From positions 1-64,000 of the forward strand of contig MU271353.1 of the NCBI GenBank assembly GCA_021432655.1: a stretch of DNA of 64,000 nt, written 5' to 3'. Of this stretch, positions 38,110-50,700 are shown in pieces. Below the pieces are notes generated by a model, which was given only the letters and a program-made list of their open reading frames with translations, did no database searches and was not told where the DNA came from. Position 1 is the stretch's first letter, and the number at the start of each line of letters is the position of its first letter. Source of the DNA: Atractiella rhizophila. Its lineage: Eukaryota. A program made the translations under genes and the position numbers.

Positions 38110-39690
38110 GTTCCTAACCTCAAAAGAAGCGTGAGGACTCTATCCACGTTATTGAATGTGCTCAGGCTTGTCCAAATGCTCATTAACCTGCTCCGTTTTG
38201 AATGAGACCATCCATTTGAGGCGCCCCATCGCGTTGTTCTGCACCTGAGGGCTGAATGACTGTAAAATGACACATTTTCAGGCGATCTTTGGAATCCATG
38301 ACCGGTTTGAGGACATCAGTCTCTCGCCTTAAGAAAGAATAATAAGCCATTCGACGGATGCAGACGAGCCGGAAGTCTAACGGAATCAAACTGGAAAGAG
38401 AACATATTAAGATATGCGCCATGGACCAAAGAGTGGACAAACTTTACTGCGTCGAAAAATTTCTGTTCACAACAATACGAGCAAGAACGTAAGTACTACT
38501 ATCCCGTTCACTGTTATCAGAACATCCGCCTTCACACCTGAGCGAGGCGGAAAACTGGATCAGAAGCTGTTTGATGGCCTGACGATCTTGACGGAGAGCT
38601 CAGTTTATTAAGTTCATTACATGGTTCTGATATTGTCGGGGCTGATTCCGAGTAGAAGTGATGGAGGACACCTAGGCACATGACCTCATCATAATATACT
38701 TATTGGGTCCATTATTCAGGATTCAATCAAGTTCACTTGCATTTGGAGGAACATATGACAGTGTAATCGGTGACTCGATCGCTGTGGGCAAAGTGTGGAA
38801 TCAAACAACTTGATGCAAATCAGGTAAGAAAGGGAAATTGTCGGAATCAAAACCAGAAAACGGCGCGCGAACACTGAAATCACCAGTTCGGTGGGGTAGG
38901 GCATCAACCAGAGAGAAGATGAATCAAAACCTATGATTAAATGCAAGGAGCATCTGAATGAGCTGTTCCAATTCAGCTCCCCCTTCTGCCATCATGTCAG
39001 ATTTTTGCCATCTTGATGTTGGTGGTTTAGACTCACGAGCACGGGCAATGAAAGCGGCAAGGACTTGCAGCATCATCTGCTCAGGAATGACGTGGACCGT
39101 ACCATTGATCTGCGCCAGATATCCAGCTTCGCACTTTCCCTAAAGTAAAGAAAGGCATGAGGACCTGTCTTCGAGGTCTAACCAAAAGCTCACGATTAAA
39201 GAAAACGAATTAGGCATGTTTATATCGAGGAACTAATATCGGTAGTGTCAGTAGCGTCCAGAGCAGAATAGTGAAGTGGGAATGGGGAAAACTGACTGAG
39301 TGGATCTCTTATAAATGATGGCGCCCTTTAAATTCATAACTTGGACTTCACTAGTCCTTTCATTGTTCGGCGATCTGTCACTTGCATATGGGCACAAATG
39401 GCCTTCTTGAGCAACGTGTCCAAGTTTTTTGGGCCGGCGACACGAAAAAGGTCCCGCCCGTTGAAAAATCTACTCATATTGCTGCCATCGGAGGGGAGTC
39501 GGGGAACGTAGTGACTGCTTTGGAAATTCTCGCGAACAAAGTTATTCATTTACATGTCATGATGTGAGACCCATCCGTAAATCCAGGGCAAAAATGCAAA
39601 TGAGTGGAAGAAGGCATGTTTCGTTTCGGATCGTATCGGATTCGCAAATTGGCAAGGGCGTCCTCCTTGGTTTCTAAATCAATTCAGGCG
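38110..39690 (-). pseudogene. Probable decayed spliced gene of unknown family
   Basis: Exon-like blocks (e.g. GKCEAGYLAQINGTVHVIPEQMMLQVLAAFIARA; TELSVKIVRPSNSF*SSFPPRSGVKADVLITV) bounded by GTGAGT/CTGAC/CAG signals but broken by in-frame TGA stops. Confidence 0.35.
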
Positions 39691-40582
39691 ACGAGCCAGA
39701 GGAACATGTTCATCTAATTAGGGGAGGAACCCATGACAAGACGATCAATATCTGGCAAAGGGCAATTTCGGCGGAGATCAAATACTCCACTCACTAAGTT
39801 CACGTCACATTGATTCCGATTCTTACTCACTTGATCAGGGACAACATTCTATTCGAGCTCCAACTTCAGCAAATGCATCAGTCATCAGTCCATTCACGCA
39901 CAACGTGACAGGTCAGGTTGACACGTTCACGCTTCTCGCTCCGGCGCACAAGTTCTCTGTCAAGGAAGTGCGAAGAGGTCGTCTGACGTCTAACGTCTGA
40001 CAGCGAACCGTACCTGCTCAGTCTGAAAGAAGGTCGAATATGCATCCTGGCACTGCCCGTACCACGTCTAGAAGCCTTTACGGCTATCCGAAGTGGATGG
40101 AGCAAACAAACGTGGGAAGGAACACACAAAGCTCACTAAGCGAGTAAGGTTATTGAAGATTGCAGTGTGATTTGGCATTGTGACAATATTGAATCACTAC
40201 AGGGGTTCTCCTTCTTTTCGATCTCAAAACCTCCTACCATCCCAATCGAAAACTCGATCACGCACCATTTCATCGCCCTCAAGATTCCAAAACAATACTC
40301 TTCCCAAACGGGCTTTGAGTTTGGACTGCTTTACTCCTTTACTTGACCATCGTCGTCGTGGTGATCTTGACGGCGGAGAAGCTAAAAGTAGGTCCCGACC
40401 ACTGAACCTTCACGAATTGTCAATGTTCGTTAGGATTTTGCTTTTGGGGTTGCATGTGAGAATTGAAGTTCAGGAGACTCCATCGGGACGCGTCATGAAA
40501 TCAACACAGCACTTTCGCATTTTCAGCAAATTGCAATCTGTTCCACTCTAAACGTCTGAAGCAGTCGCGATTCATGCCCGAC

Positions 40583-42847
40583 TCAGAAGGCTGATGTCCT
40601 TCCAGCATCCCTCCTGTCCCTATCAACACCCCATCCCCTGGTCGGATCCCTAGGTTTATCCTTCGGCACAGTCTTTGTGAAGATGCTAATGCTACCTATC
40701 CGTCCCAATCGGACAAAAAGTCAGATTTTCTTTTTGAAAAAAGAGGAAAGAGTAAGATCAGCGCACCCGCTGCTCGTGCCCGCTTCACCAGCTTCGTAAG
40801 CCTACGTTGGTTTCTGCGACTAAGCTTGGTGTCCCTCCTACTCATTATCCTCCCCAATTCCGCTGTTCCCAAGGACACACATCAATGATCAAAGACTCTT
40901 CTCCCTTACTCAAAAAGAGAAAAAAGAACAACGCACAGACGTAATTCTTCGTCACTCCCCCAGGGTTCATCCACTCCTTCCTCAAATCGGGCACCATATC
41001 TTTAGCGTAATCCACATACATGTCCGTCCTTTTCGCCGCATTGCTTCCGACTCCGAGATCAAAGTTGGACCCTAATAGGGAGAAAGGATTCATGCGTTGA
41101 TAGTACGTTCGAGGGGGAGTGCGCAGGAGGGCGTGGGGAGAAAGATGTGCTGCGTTCACGAAAGAGTCGACTGGGGTGCCGTAGATGTCGACTGATTTGC
41201 GGTAGAGGACGGATGACGGGAGGGAGGAATTGGATGCTGTTTAGTGGAAAGATAGTTAGTGCTAAAGGCTCGAATTGGGTATAAAGCTCCAATAATATCC
41301 TCATTGGTCATTCTCAGGCAGTTCATGGTGAGACATGGAGGCAAAATCCGATAGTATTTTGACTTCACAACCGTAATGCTCGAGGTCGATTAGGCAAGAC
41401 AGTTGAGTTGTGCACGGCAAAATCGCCGCTAGGCGCTGCGTCGCTTCGTATGAGGGTATAGACACTGTCATTGAGTGACAACAGCATGCGTCGCCTTTCA
41501 ACATTGCAACGGACCACCGCAAACCAATTGCACTCGGCCAGTAAAATTTTTCGAAAATAAATTATCAGTAAACAAAGATGGCCGAAAGAGCTCTATGAAT
41601 TTCATTCTACCATGTTTTTAGTGTCTACTATAGTCGTAAGGATTCAACAGGCAGCTCTAGTTTTTCATCGCCTCGAGCTACAGAAGAATTTTTTTTTGAA
41701 ATGGAGAGCGATTGAGAAATTTTGATAAGCTCTAGAAAGTGGACGGTTATGTCCCATTATCACATGCATGAAAAGAGGAAGTATCAAGGTTCAATGTAGT
41801 ATTAAATAGATAGTCTATCAAACCAATTGTTCCAACTAACAAAATCCCTACAAATGGAACCAGAATGTTTTCATACAAAATGAACAAAACCTTCCTTTTG
41901 GAAGCAAGTTCTTTCCCTCTTTAGCTTTATACGCCTACTGTGCCGACGAGTCAAAACCAAAATTCGGAATGAATGGAACGTAGAGCCGAATCACTCTAGT
42001 TTTTTCGCATTTGTGCTTGAACGTTTACTAAATAGTCATATTCTTTAGGTTCCAATATGTACTTTAGTAAATGATCTTGCTTAAATTCGATATTCTAATG
42101 ATTTTATACCTACTATTGTATTAAGAAAATAAGAAATACACGTCGTTATGAGAAAAGAGTTATTATTTTCTATGGCCGTTCCCTGTTGACAGCAGGGAGA
42201 TGTAAAAGGTCAGGAACATGCTCAAAAACCGGCGTCGGCGCTGAATTTGATCTTCGCCCCAAGAGCATGGAACACAAGAACGGCGCTGTCCTTGCTCAAT
42301 TATCAGCTCCAACCGCGCAAAACACCACGTGCAACAATAAAGCACATCCCACAGGACCCAACACCCAAAATGCACATCAAGGGAAAGACACTTGAACAAA
42401 CACAGAAAAAACCAGAGAGAGAGAGAGAGGAGGAGACGACTGACACTGAGTCCCACCCATTCTCAACAAAGCTCTCGCGGTCGTCTCTCCAGCCTCCGCA
42501 CCGACTCCAGCGCCAGAGTTAGGTCTGGATCTCGTCGAATAAGCATCGACCATGTTCCTGAGAGCGTCCAGTCCAGCCGTCTTCCCCCTTCCTCCACTCC
42601 TCCCACCGTCAGCATCATTGGGTTCGTTGGAGTCGGAGACTTCTGATTCGGAAGAGGGAGAGAGGTCGGAGTCTGTGAATACGGAGATGGAGGGGGGGAG
42701 GGAGGAGAGGAGACGGTCTTCGTTTTCTTCGTCGTGTGTTGTGGTAGTTGTGGTGGTGGTGGTGGTGGGACGTGACTTTGGGGAGAGAGAATGCCGGGCG
42801 CTGGTTAGTGTTCGACGTTGGAAGTGGGAGGTGATTAGACGGTTCAT
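40583..42847 (-). CDS. RSM18: Mitochondrial ribosomal protein bS18m, with a 1,220-nt first intron
   Basis: S18 core LRKEWMNPG...LGRIMSRRDTKLSRRNQRRLTKLVKRARAAG. A presequence-like exon MNRLITSHFQRRTLTSARHSLS joins in phase via GTGGGA (42456) to ACTAAC...CAG (41237). Confidence 0.75.
41535..42178. mobile_element. AT-rich insertion in the RSM18 intron, possible non-autonomous transposon remnant
   Basis: Sharply AT-rich, ORF-free block with weak inverted ends (cggccagtaaaat ... attttctatggccg). No target-site duplication identified. Confidence 0.3.
42414..42429. repeat. (AG)n microsatellite
   Basis: agagagagagagagag within the RSM18 intron. Confidence 0.8.
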
Positions 42848-42995
42848 TATTACTTTTATCAATCCTCGTTTAAAGGATGATTGAAGGAGAGGTGGAGGAA
42901 TATTGTGGATGGAACTCCACTCTTTTCCTGGATACTTACATAATGCACTGTTCTCCCGTGTACTTATTCCTTCCACCATTCCAAGAAGGCTGAAG

Positions 42996-45900
42996 ATGCC
43001 TCCACCAGCCTCGCTCCGCCCAGTGCTCCCCCATCTCTCCGTCGCCTCGCCCTCTCCGCCCTCGCTCACCGCCTCCCCGACCTCCTCCTCCTCGCCCATC
43101 CCCTCCGCCTCTCCCGCGCACTCAGCCACGCCCTACACCCCCGTCCAGCACCCCAATGCGACAAAGATACCAACCACCGCCAGACTGTACGACGTCCTCC
43201 CTTCTGCTGTCGCCCGAGATGCACCTCAAGACGATAACCTGATACCTGACTTTGATCATTCTCACACTGACGCTTCTGATGGCGATCTTGATAGTTCAGC
43301 AGGTGGTGATCATGATGGGAAGAAAAGGGGGAGGAGTTCTCAAAAGATGCACTCGATTGAACAGGCCACTCTGGGGTATTACGAGGGTTTGGCGGTTCCA
43401 GAGAGTCGAAAGAGGAGAGGAAGCGGCGGATCCGTGACACACGAGAAGTTCGACATCCTCTCCCACTCTCTCACCTCCACCACTCCAACACCTAAACCTT
43501 CCACATCCACAGAACTATTCTCCCCTCCCCCTCCGGAATCTCAATCTCCAACGTATGCCCACTCACACGCCCACTCCTATTCTACCGCCTCCGAAGACCC
43601 GTTCGCACTCGATTTATCCCTACCTCCAGACTCAACCGATGAGCACCGGGAACATCATCCACAGATACCGATGGAGAGGGACCATCCCGATTTGGGGCCA
43701 GCAAACGAGCTTCCGACGTACGACGAGCTTCTTTTGCGTTCGGAAATGGAGCAACAGCTCGCGGGAGGTGGGGGTGGAGGGGGGAGGTTTGGGAGGTGGA
43801 GAGGGTGGATTGAGAAGAGGGCGAGGGAGAGGATGGAGGAGAGGGAGGAGGAGAGGAGGAGAGGTGGTGGCAGGAGAGGGTGGGATGTCGTATGTATTTC
43901 TTTTCTTTTCTTCTTTCTTTCTCGTCTTGTAAGGATGGGTTTTGTTTGCTTGTACTGGGTAGCAGTGAGAGTTTGGGAGAGCATATTTTTCTATCCTTTT
44001 TATTTCTCTTCGACGGTCTGTTGAGATCGGAGATTTCAAAGACGTGGGCTTGAACCTGCATTTACAGCAACAACCCCCTTCTCGCTTGTCTGACTGCTTT
44101 GGATAACGCCAACACAGCATGTCATTTGGAGGAATTCACCCATATGTGATAGCAACTCTATTACAGCAGTTGTGATTCCTCTCAATTGATGTGCTGTTTG
44201 ACATTTCCCTCTGGCCTTTCTACCTCCCGTATTCTCTCCTAGAGAGCTCTTCCTTTTGGAGGAACGATCAAGACATTTTGTCCAAAGAATTAAAGATGGA
44301 AATCGACTTAGAGTATTTCAATTACACTGCCACAATTCACCGTATAAGACAATAATGATGAGCGAACACTTATTTTGGACCCAGCGGGCATTAGTCCATT
44401 TTTCATGGTGCAGATGGAAGCAATGTTCTTAGAACAATGACACATTCAGCTACAATCTGACAATTCACCAACAAGAAATGTAACTCAGATGTTCAAAGCT
44501 GACTTTCTTCCTTGTTCATCGTATCATCGTAGGAAGATATATACCCAACAGAGCCAATAACAGATGGATCAGTTCGGCCAAGTACCAGCCCAGAACAGTC
44601 GATGTCTGCTGGACCCTCGCTTTCTTCTCACCCGTCCGGGTCGACCACTGCCTCAACAAGCTCCACAATGACCACGCAAATTGCGCCTCCTCCACCTCAT
44701 CACACCTATCCCCAACTAGTTCCACCTCCGGGCCTCATACCGCTCACTCCATCAACATCCATCCATCCAATCGGTTCTCGTTTCCTACACCAAATACCCG
44801 AACAACCCCTCTGCGCTACCGCCCTCCCAACCATCTCAGCCTCTCAACGTCGTTCACCCAATACCCTGAACTCGGATCGATACCTGCTCATCGGAACCCG
44901 TTCGTCTCTGTGGGCTGTGGACATGTTTCCGGATCTGGGAAAGAACGAAAAGGTGGCGGAAGTGACGGTGGAGAATGCACGTTGTTTTGAGGTCTGGTCC
45001 GGCCTTGGAGTTTTGCAATTGGAGGTGTTTTTGGAGGAACCTTCGAATGGGAGGAAGGATGGAGTGTCGGGTATCGTTATTGGATTGGTGGAAGGTATCG
45101 AGGAGGGTGCGAGTCCTCAAGTCAAGATGTGGCCTCTGCAATCTCTCGTCAATCTCGTCAAATGGCGGACGTTTACGGAGGACTCAGAACCTGTGGACCT
45201 TGCCCCGGCTCCTGATAAGGAGAAGGACAGGTCGAAGAGACGGAGCGCATTGCACGGCTTGAGAAAGCTTTTCTCGGAGCTGCCGGCTGAGTTTCAAGAG
45301 CGAACCGGATTCAATGCTGGGATGGGAGCTGCGGGTGGTGGACCTTCGAAGTTAGGCAGGTCGAACTCGGGAGGGAAGGGAAAGAGACCGTTGCATGGAC
45401 CTGGATTCAGACACCACCACCACAACCCATCTGCCGGAACCTTGCAAGACCTCACCCCCTTCGTCGTCGATGATGCGACGACGCGCCAACGAACGCAAAG
45501 CACGGCCTCGAGCACTCCGTTACTCGCCCCGTCAAAAGATCCGCACCTGAATCACGCTAAAACTCTCCCACGCATCGCTTCCCCTCCCACCCCGCCTTCA
45601 CAGTCGCCTTCCGTCACACTTCCCCTCGAGTGGGCCACGAAAGCTGTGATTCTGAACCCGCCACGAACCCACTACCCGATCCTTTTCTTCCGACTGGCCA
45701 GGAGACCGGCCACGTGGATACCGAGCGAGGAAGATGGCAATGTGCCCTCGATACTTAAAGCCAGAGAGAACGATGGCGGACAGACGCCAGGATGGATATA
45801 CCTTGCTCTGGTGACTAGGCAACAGGTCTTTCTGTTCGAGAGTCGGCCTGCCGCTCAAAGAACATGGCAGGTGAGCCTCTTCCTTTAGCAATATTAATTT

Positions 45901-47115
45901 CTTGACCATGGGAGACAGATTGTGAACGAGTTCTACGCTCCGTTTGCTCCAACGTTCGTAGAAGTCGTCCGCGTGGATCCCAAGATGAGAGACGAGAAAC
46001 CGCGCTCTCGAGCCGCCTCAGTGAATTCAAGAGCGTCCACCGAACCATCTGCTACAGCGCCTGACGAATTGTATCTCTTCATTGGAATGACTGACAAAGC
46101 CGTCGTGATCCGTTTGTCTGACTCGTCAGTTCGAGAAGTTGAACTCCCGAGACTGGTGACACAGGCAAGTCACAAGAAGCAGCGACAAAAGGATCGTTCG
46201 GCACCGTCGCCTGTGCATGCTGGAATGACAAGGAGATCGAGCAGAGATGAGATTGCGATGGGCAGGAGGAATTCGGATGGCGAGATTGGAAGCGGTTCGG
46301 CAGCTAGCGGAAAAGAGATGTTGAACGGTTGCGAGCAGATCCTCCTCCCTCTGGAAGACACGAGTGGGAAAGGAAAGAGTTCTTCTGGGAAGAGACGATC
46401 ACTAAGACCGATATATCTCGTCACTTGTGGACGAGCAAGTCATCTCGTTCGCTCTCCACTGGCTTGTCATACATCAGACTCGTTCAACGTGCCTCCCACA
46501 GTCATGCCTCCTCTGCGTATGCGTCCGTTACACACTTTTGTGTGGAACACGGCCGTCGATCGGGTCGTTCCCTTCCTCCCTCCCAAGGCAATGTACGACG
46601 ACCAGTCCTCCATTCGTCTCGTGCTCGTTGCATTCACACCGACAGGTGTCGAGGTTCAAGAAGGCTATATTTCACAATCCTCCATCTCACAGTTAAACGA
46701 TACTTCTTCTTCTTCTTCCAACCATCGCACTCCATTCTTCGTCCCTCTTCGTTCGTCCAACTCTGCTCCTCCACCAAACCTTGCCGAACGCAAGTCCTGG
46801 AGAACCAATCACGATCCCGAACTCGATGGGTTGGCGAGTTACGATTTGGGTACAAACTGTGGGTTCCTGTGCAAAGGTGGTCCTTGGTGGAAGAGCATCC
46901 AAGAGGAGCATAGTTTCATGGGGAGTCGAGAGCGAAGCATGAGCCCCGATGAAGAAGGTGATGGAGGTGCAAGTGAAAGTGCGGACGCCATGTTCCAGTC
47001 CATGCCCGCTGGAGCCTTCTGGTGGGCGAGAAAGGCTGGCGATTGGAGGTAAGCACCTGGTTTCCGCCCTTGTGGAAGACTGAATGAATCTGTCAGGATC
47101 TTTTGGGTCGGTTGA
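42996..47115 (+). CDS. Large Pro/Ser-rich protein with a degenerate CNH-like beta-propeller
   Basis: ORFs 42996-43889, 44533-45870, ~45920-47048 and a short last exon join in frame. Motifs RYLLIGT...LWAVD, VKMWPLQSLVNLVKW, VFLFES...NEFYAP resemble CNH domains. Family call tentative. Confidence 0.6.
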
Positions 47116-47397
47116 GTATGTTTGCATTATCTTGCCTGAAAAAAGTGTATCCAGTCAAAATTGGGACAAGTCAACTATGTTAATGTTGTATTTCAATTGG
47201 AACGGATCAAATATGTTTGCACTCATACTAGTAGCCTCCCCAAACTACTCAGTTGGCCAGTCCCTGTTAAGACGACGAAACCAAGTGCTGGACACATTGT
47301 AGAGCAGGATCACAGTGTCACACATGTCACTCTCGCAAAGAGAACGAGCTCCTTACATGTGTAGTAGTTGACAAAACCCGATCAATGTTAATTATTC

Positions 47398-47499
47398 GGC
47401 AAGATGGCCGAGTGGTCTAAGGCGCTCGTTTCAGGACTTGCACTGTATCAGTGTGGATTTACGAGTCTTCGGGCGTGGGTTCGAATCCCACTCTTGTCA
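47398..47499 (+). tRNA. tRNA-Leu(CAG) with a 24-nt intron (47436-47459)
   Basis: Acceptor stem GGCAAGA/TCTTGTC with discriminator A; D arm GCC-GAGTGGTCTAA-GGC; anticodon stem CTCGT/ACGAG with CAG at 47432-47434; T arm GTGGG-TTCGAAT-CCCAC; followed by a T-run Pol III terminator. Confidence 0.93.
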
Positions 47500-47730
47500 T
47501 ACTTTTTCCTTTTTATTGTGTAGCCTGTTTTCTATTTTACAATCTTCTCCGCTCTGCTTCATCCTCTCCTCTTGCCAGTGCTGCCAGTCCTCGAAGAATG
47601 TATCATCGCCTCGTATGACTCAGCTTTAGTGCCTGTATCTCTAGTCATATGATGTAGTCACGCTGCGGATGAGGACCAGCATCAGAGAGGATCGAAGCTG
47701 TCCTTCTCACTTGTAACGGCTTGAACCTAT

Positions 47731-50700
47731 ATGCCTCCGTATACCATTACCCAGCTTATCCTCCCAACCTCAGAGCCTATCTCCTTCTCACTTCCAGAGT
47801 CCCAGAATGCCACTGTGCATGATCTCATCAGCTCACTGTTCAACAGCGGGACGGAGGCTGGCTACATCAAGCGCACTGTTCTAGGGGAGGGCACTGAGAC
47901 CAAAGATGACGACTGGGCTATCCAATGTATATCTTCAAGGAAAGACATTAGCTGCGACGACAACGGTATGTGCTGCTTTATTCGACACTCAGGAGTTATG
48001 GGTCATAGACGAGCTCTGTACCGCAGGCCTCGTTGCGAGAGACGCACCTGTTCGCACACTGCTCAAGGTCCCAGAGGAATCTCTCTCCCAGGACGTCGAT
48101 TACGCACTCACGGCACATCTCCACGCCCCTACATTGCGACTGGTCCATGTGCCAACATCCATTCGTGTCCATTTTGCAAACGAATTACCGTCCAGCCATG
48201 TCCAGCACTTAAAACCGAAGATATTCTTTCTTACTCGGTTTATGGACGTGAATACTGCGATAGAAATGATCAGAGACGAAGTTGGCATCGAAGGTCGGGT
48301 AGTGCGCGGAGCAAAGAGCGCGAGGGTCATGTTTGATTTGGAGTGGCATGCCGGGGAATCAGAAGCGGGTGCGTCGTCTTTCCTGCTCGTGTATCTATCT
48401 AATCAACTTCTGTAGACTTCATCCCTCTCCCAACCGCCACGCCCATCTTTCCAGAACTCGAGCGCCTATCTGGAACGCGTCTTGCCCCGTATGATGTCAC
48501 CCTCTGCGTTTCGAGGGCGTGGCTGGCGAAAATCGGGACGGTGGCTCGAAGTTTTGGGAAGAAGGAAAGCCCTCGTTCGATACCTGCATCCGTCTACCCA
48601 GAGTCAGTCAACGCCGCTTTCGCAGATAAGAAACCTTCAGCCCCAGCAATGGCAAAAGCTTCATCTGGTTGGAGACCTACTACTCTCTTCGGAGGACTGT
48701 GGGGAAGCACTGCTGCTCCAGCTCTGTCCACCTCTATTCCGACAACGCCTCCAGCGGAGCCAGATCCCCTGGTCAGCTCAGAACTTAGCAATGATGAGGA
48801 GGATTCGGACGCAGAAGGTGAAGATACAATCAAGATGAAGAAGCAAGCGCCTGGTTCTTCTCCCGCTCAGGACAAACTCAACAGCCGTCTCTCACACCTT
48901 TTTGACTCTTGGCTTGCAGTGGATCCTGAGGCCGTCCCCCCCGCTTCGAAAGCGAACGGAACCAACTCTCCAAAGGTCGTCAGTCCTCCGTCTCCCGTGA
49001 CGAGCGAAGGAACGCCGCGGTCCAGGAATCCAAGCGCCAAAAGAGTCACAGTCGTTGGACTTGCTGAACGGAATTCTATTGTGGAAGTACCTTTGGGCGA
49101 GGACTTGGCGGAGGGCGAATCCCTGGATCAGGAGTTCGAGCAGCTTATGGTATGTATTCTATCTTTGATTCTCATCGCGCTGTCTCATGCATCCACTGCA
49201 GGACACTTTGGGAATTAAAGGACCTCAACGAATAGCCATGCGACAACTTAGCCCGGAGAGGAAACGATTCTTGATACATTCTCAAAGCAAATTACAACAC
49301 CAAGGTTCAACGTCAGTGTCCAAACCAACACCAGAACACTCCACGTCGTCGGCACAACCAAGTACATTGGGACATTTCAAACGCCTCTCCCTTGCGACGA
49401 TCGGCTGGTCGAGCACGGACAGCCCGCCTCTCCCTTCCGCCGAAGCGGGCGCTTCATCTCCTGTCGTGGAGACAGCTACTGCAAGCTCCATTCGCCCAAT
49501 CAGTCCTGTTGCTGCTCAAACTTCAACGGCACCAACCTCGCTTTGGTCATCTTGGTGGACTGGCTCTGCAAGTCCGGCAAGCCCTCACAATACTGGAAAA
49601 GACGCGGGAGAGAATGCGCAAGATACACCTGCTTTCTATGTGAAGCAGCTACGTTCTGGGTACATATCGTATTCACCTTGGTTTCAGCATACCTCTGATC
49701 ATGTAATCATAGAAAAATCTCACAACGCAGTTTAGTCAAGCATCTCATCGCCCTTCGTGTCAGGTTGTCGACGGCGCAGCTCTCCTGGACAAAGAGATTT
49801 CTAGAAGATGAGAAGGGCCTGGACGCTTTTAATTCGCTTTTGGAGAAAATCACAGGTAAAAGCACGTCCAAGTGAGCCCGTTGTCATAGTTCTGGCTTTG
49901 TCTGATGACGCGCTAAGGAAGGAAGAGCTAACAGATCTGGACGAGACTGTTCAAATCGAATGCATCAAGTGTTTAAGGGTTCTGATGAATACAGAGGTAA
50001 ATGATTTTAATACCTGGTATGATATCTTACCCCATTTTAGGTTGGGTTCGACACTGTCGTCGTTCATCCAACATTGATCACCTACATCGCTTTCTCGCTT
50101 TTCACCAAATCCAACAAGCTAAGAACATTGGTCGCGGATGTTCTAGCCGCCCTTTGTGTTCTTTCCCTAAATGATGGCCATCGATCTGTCTTGTCCGCTC
50201 TCTCAGATTTCCGCGTTGCACACAACGAAAAGTTCCGTTTTGAATATCTGGTCGAAAGTATCGCCTACCGCTCTTCCCCGGAGACAGGTGATGAACTTGC
50301 CATCAGTATTGCGGGTGAAGCCACACAGGTGGAGGAAGATGAAGCTGGGCGGTGGGACTATAGGACGGCTGGAATGGCTTTAGTCAATGCTCTCACGAAC
50401 AGCCCAGACGACCTAGAGACGAGGATTGGACTGCGAGAGGAGTTTAGCAGAAGAGGATTGAACGAAGTGATGGCGGTACGTTCTACCTGGTCACACTGTA
50501 CCTATTAATCTGCTTTTCAGGCACTTAAATATCTAGATGCTCCAGATTCTCTCTTGACTCAGCTGCAAGTCTACAGCGAGGAGAGACAAGAAGACCAGGA
50601 CGAGTTCAACGAACGAGCAATAGGTCATTCCAGACTCCAGTATGTCCGAAGGTACATCGAAAGCAAGCTTTAACTTGTGTCACAGGACTGCGACGAAAGT

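Noticed and set aside
42377..43129. 250-aa minus ORF as a standalone gene overlapping the plus-strand gene
   Set aside because: Only 42457-42847 is plausible coding (RSM18 exon 1); the rest is antisense of a low-complexity region or intron.
47432..47434. CUG codon reassignment
   Set aside because: The tRNA has a Leu-type A discriminator and D arm, and CTG encodes conserved Leu positions (e.g. OYE APLTR, RPA135 KLPIMVR).
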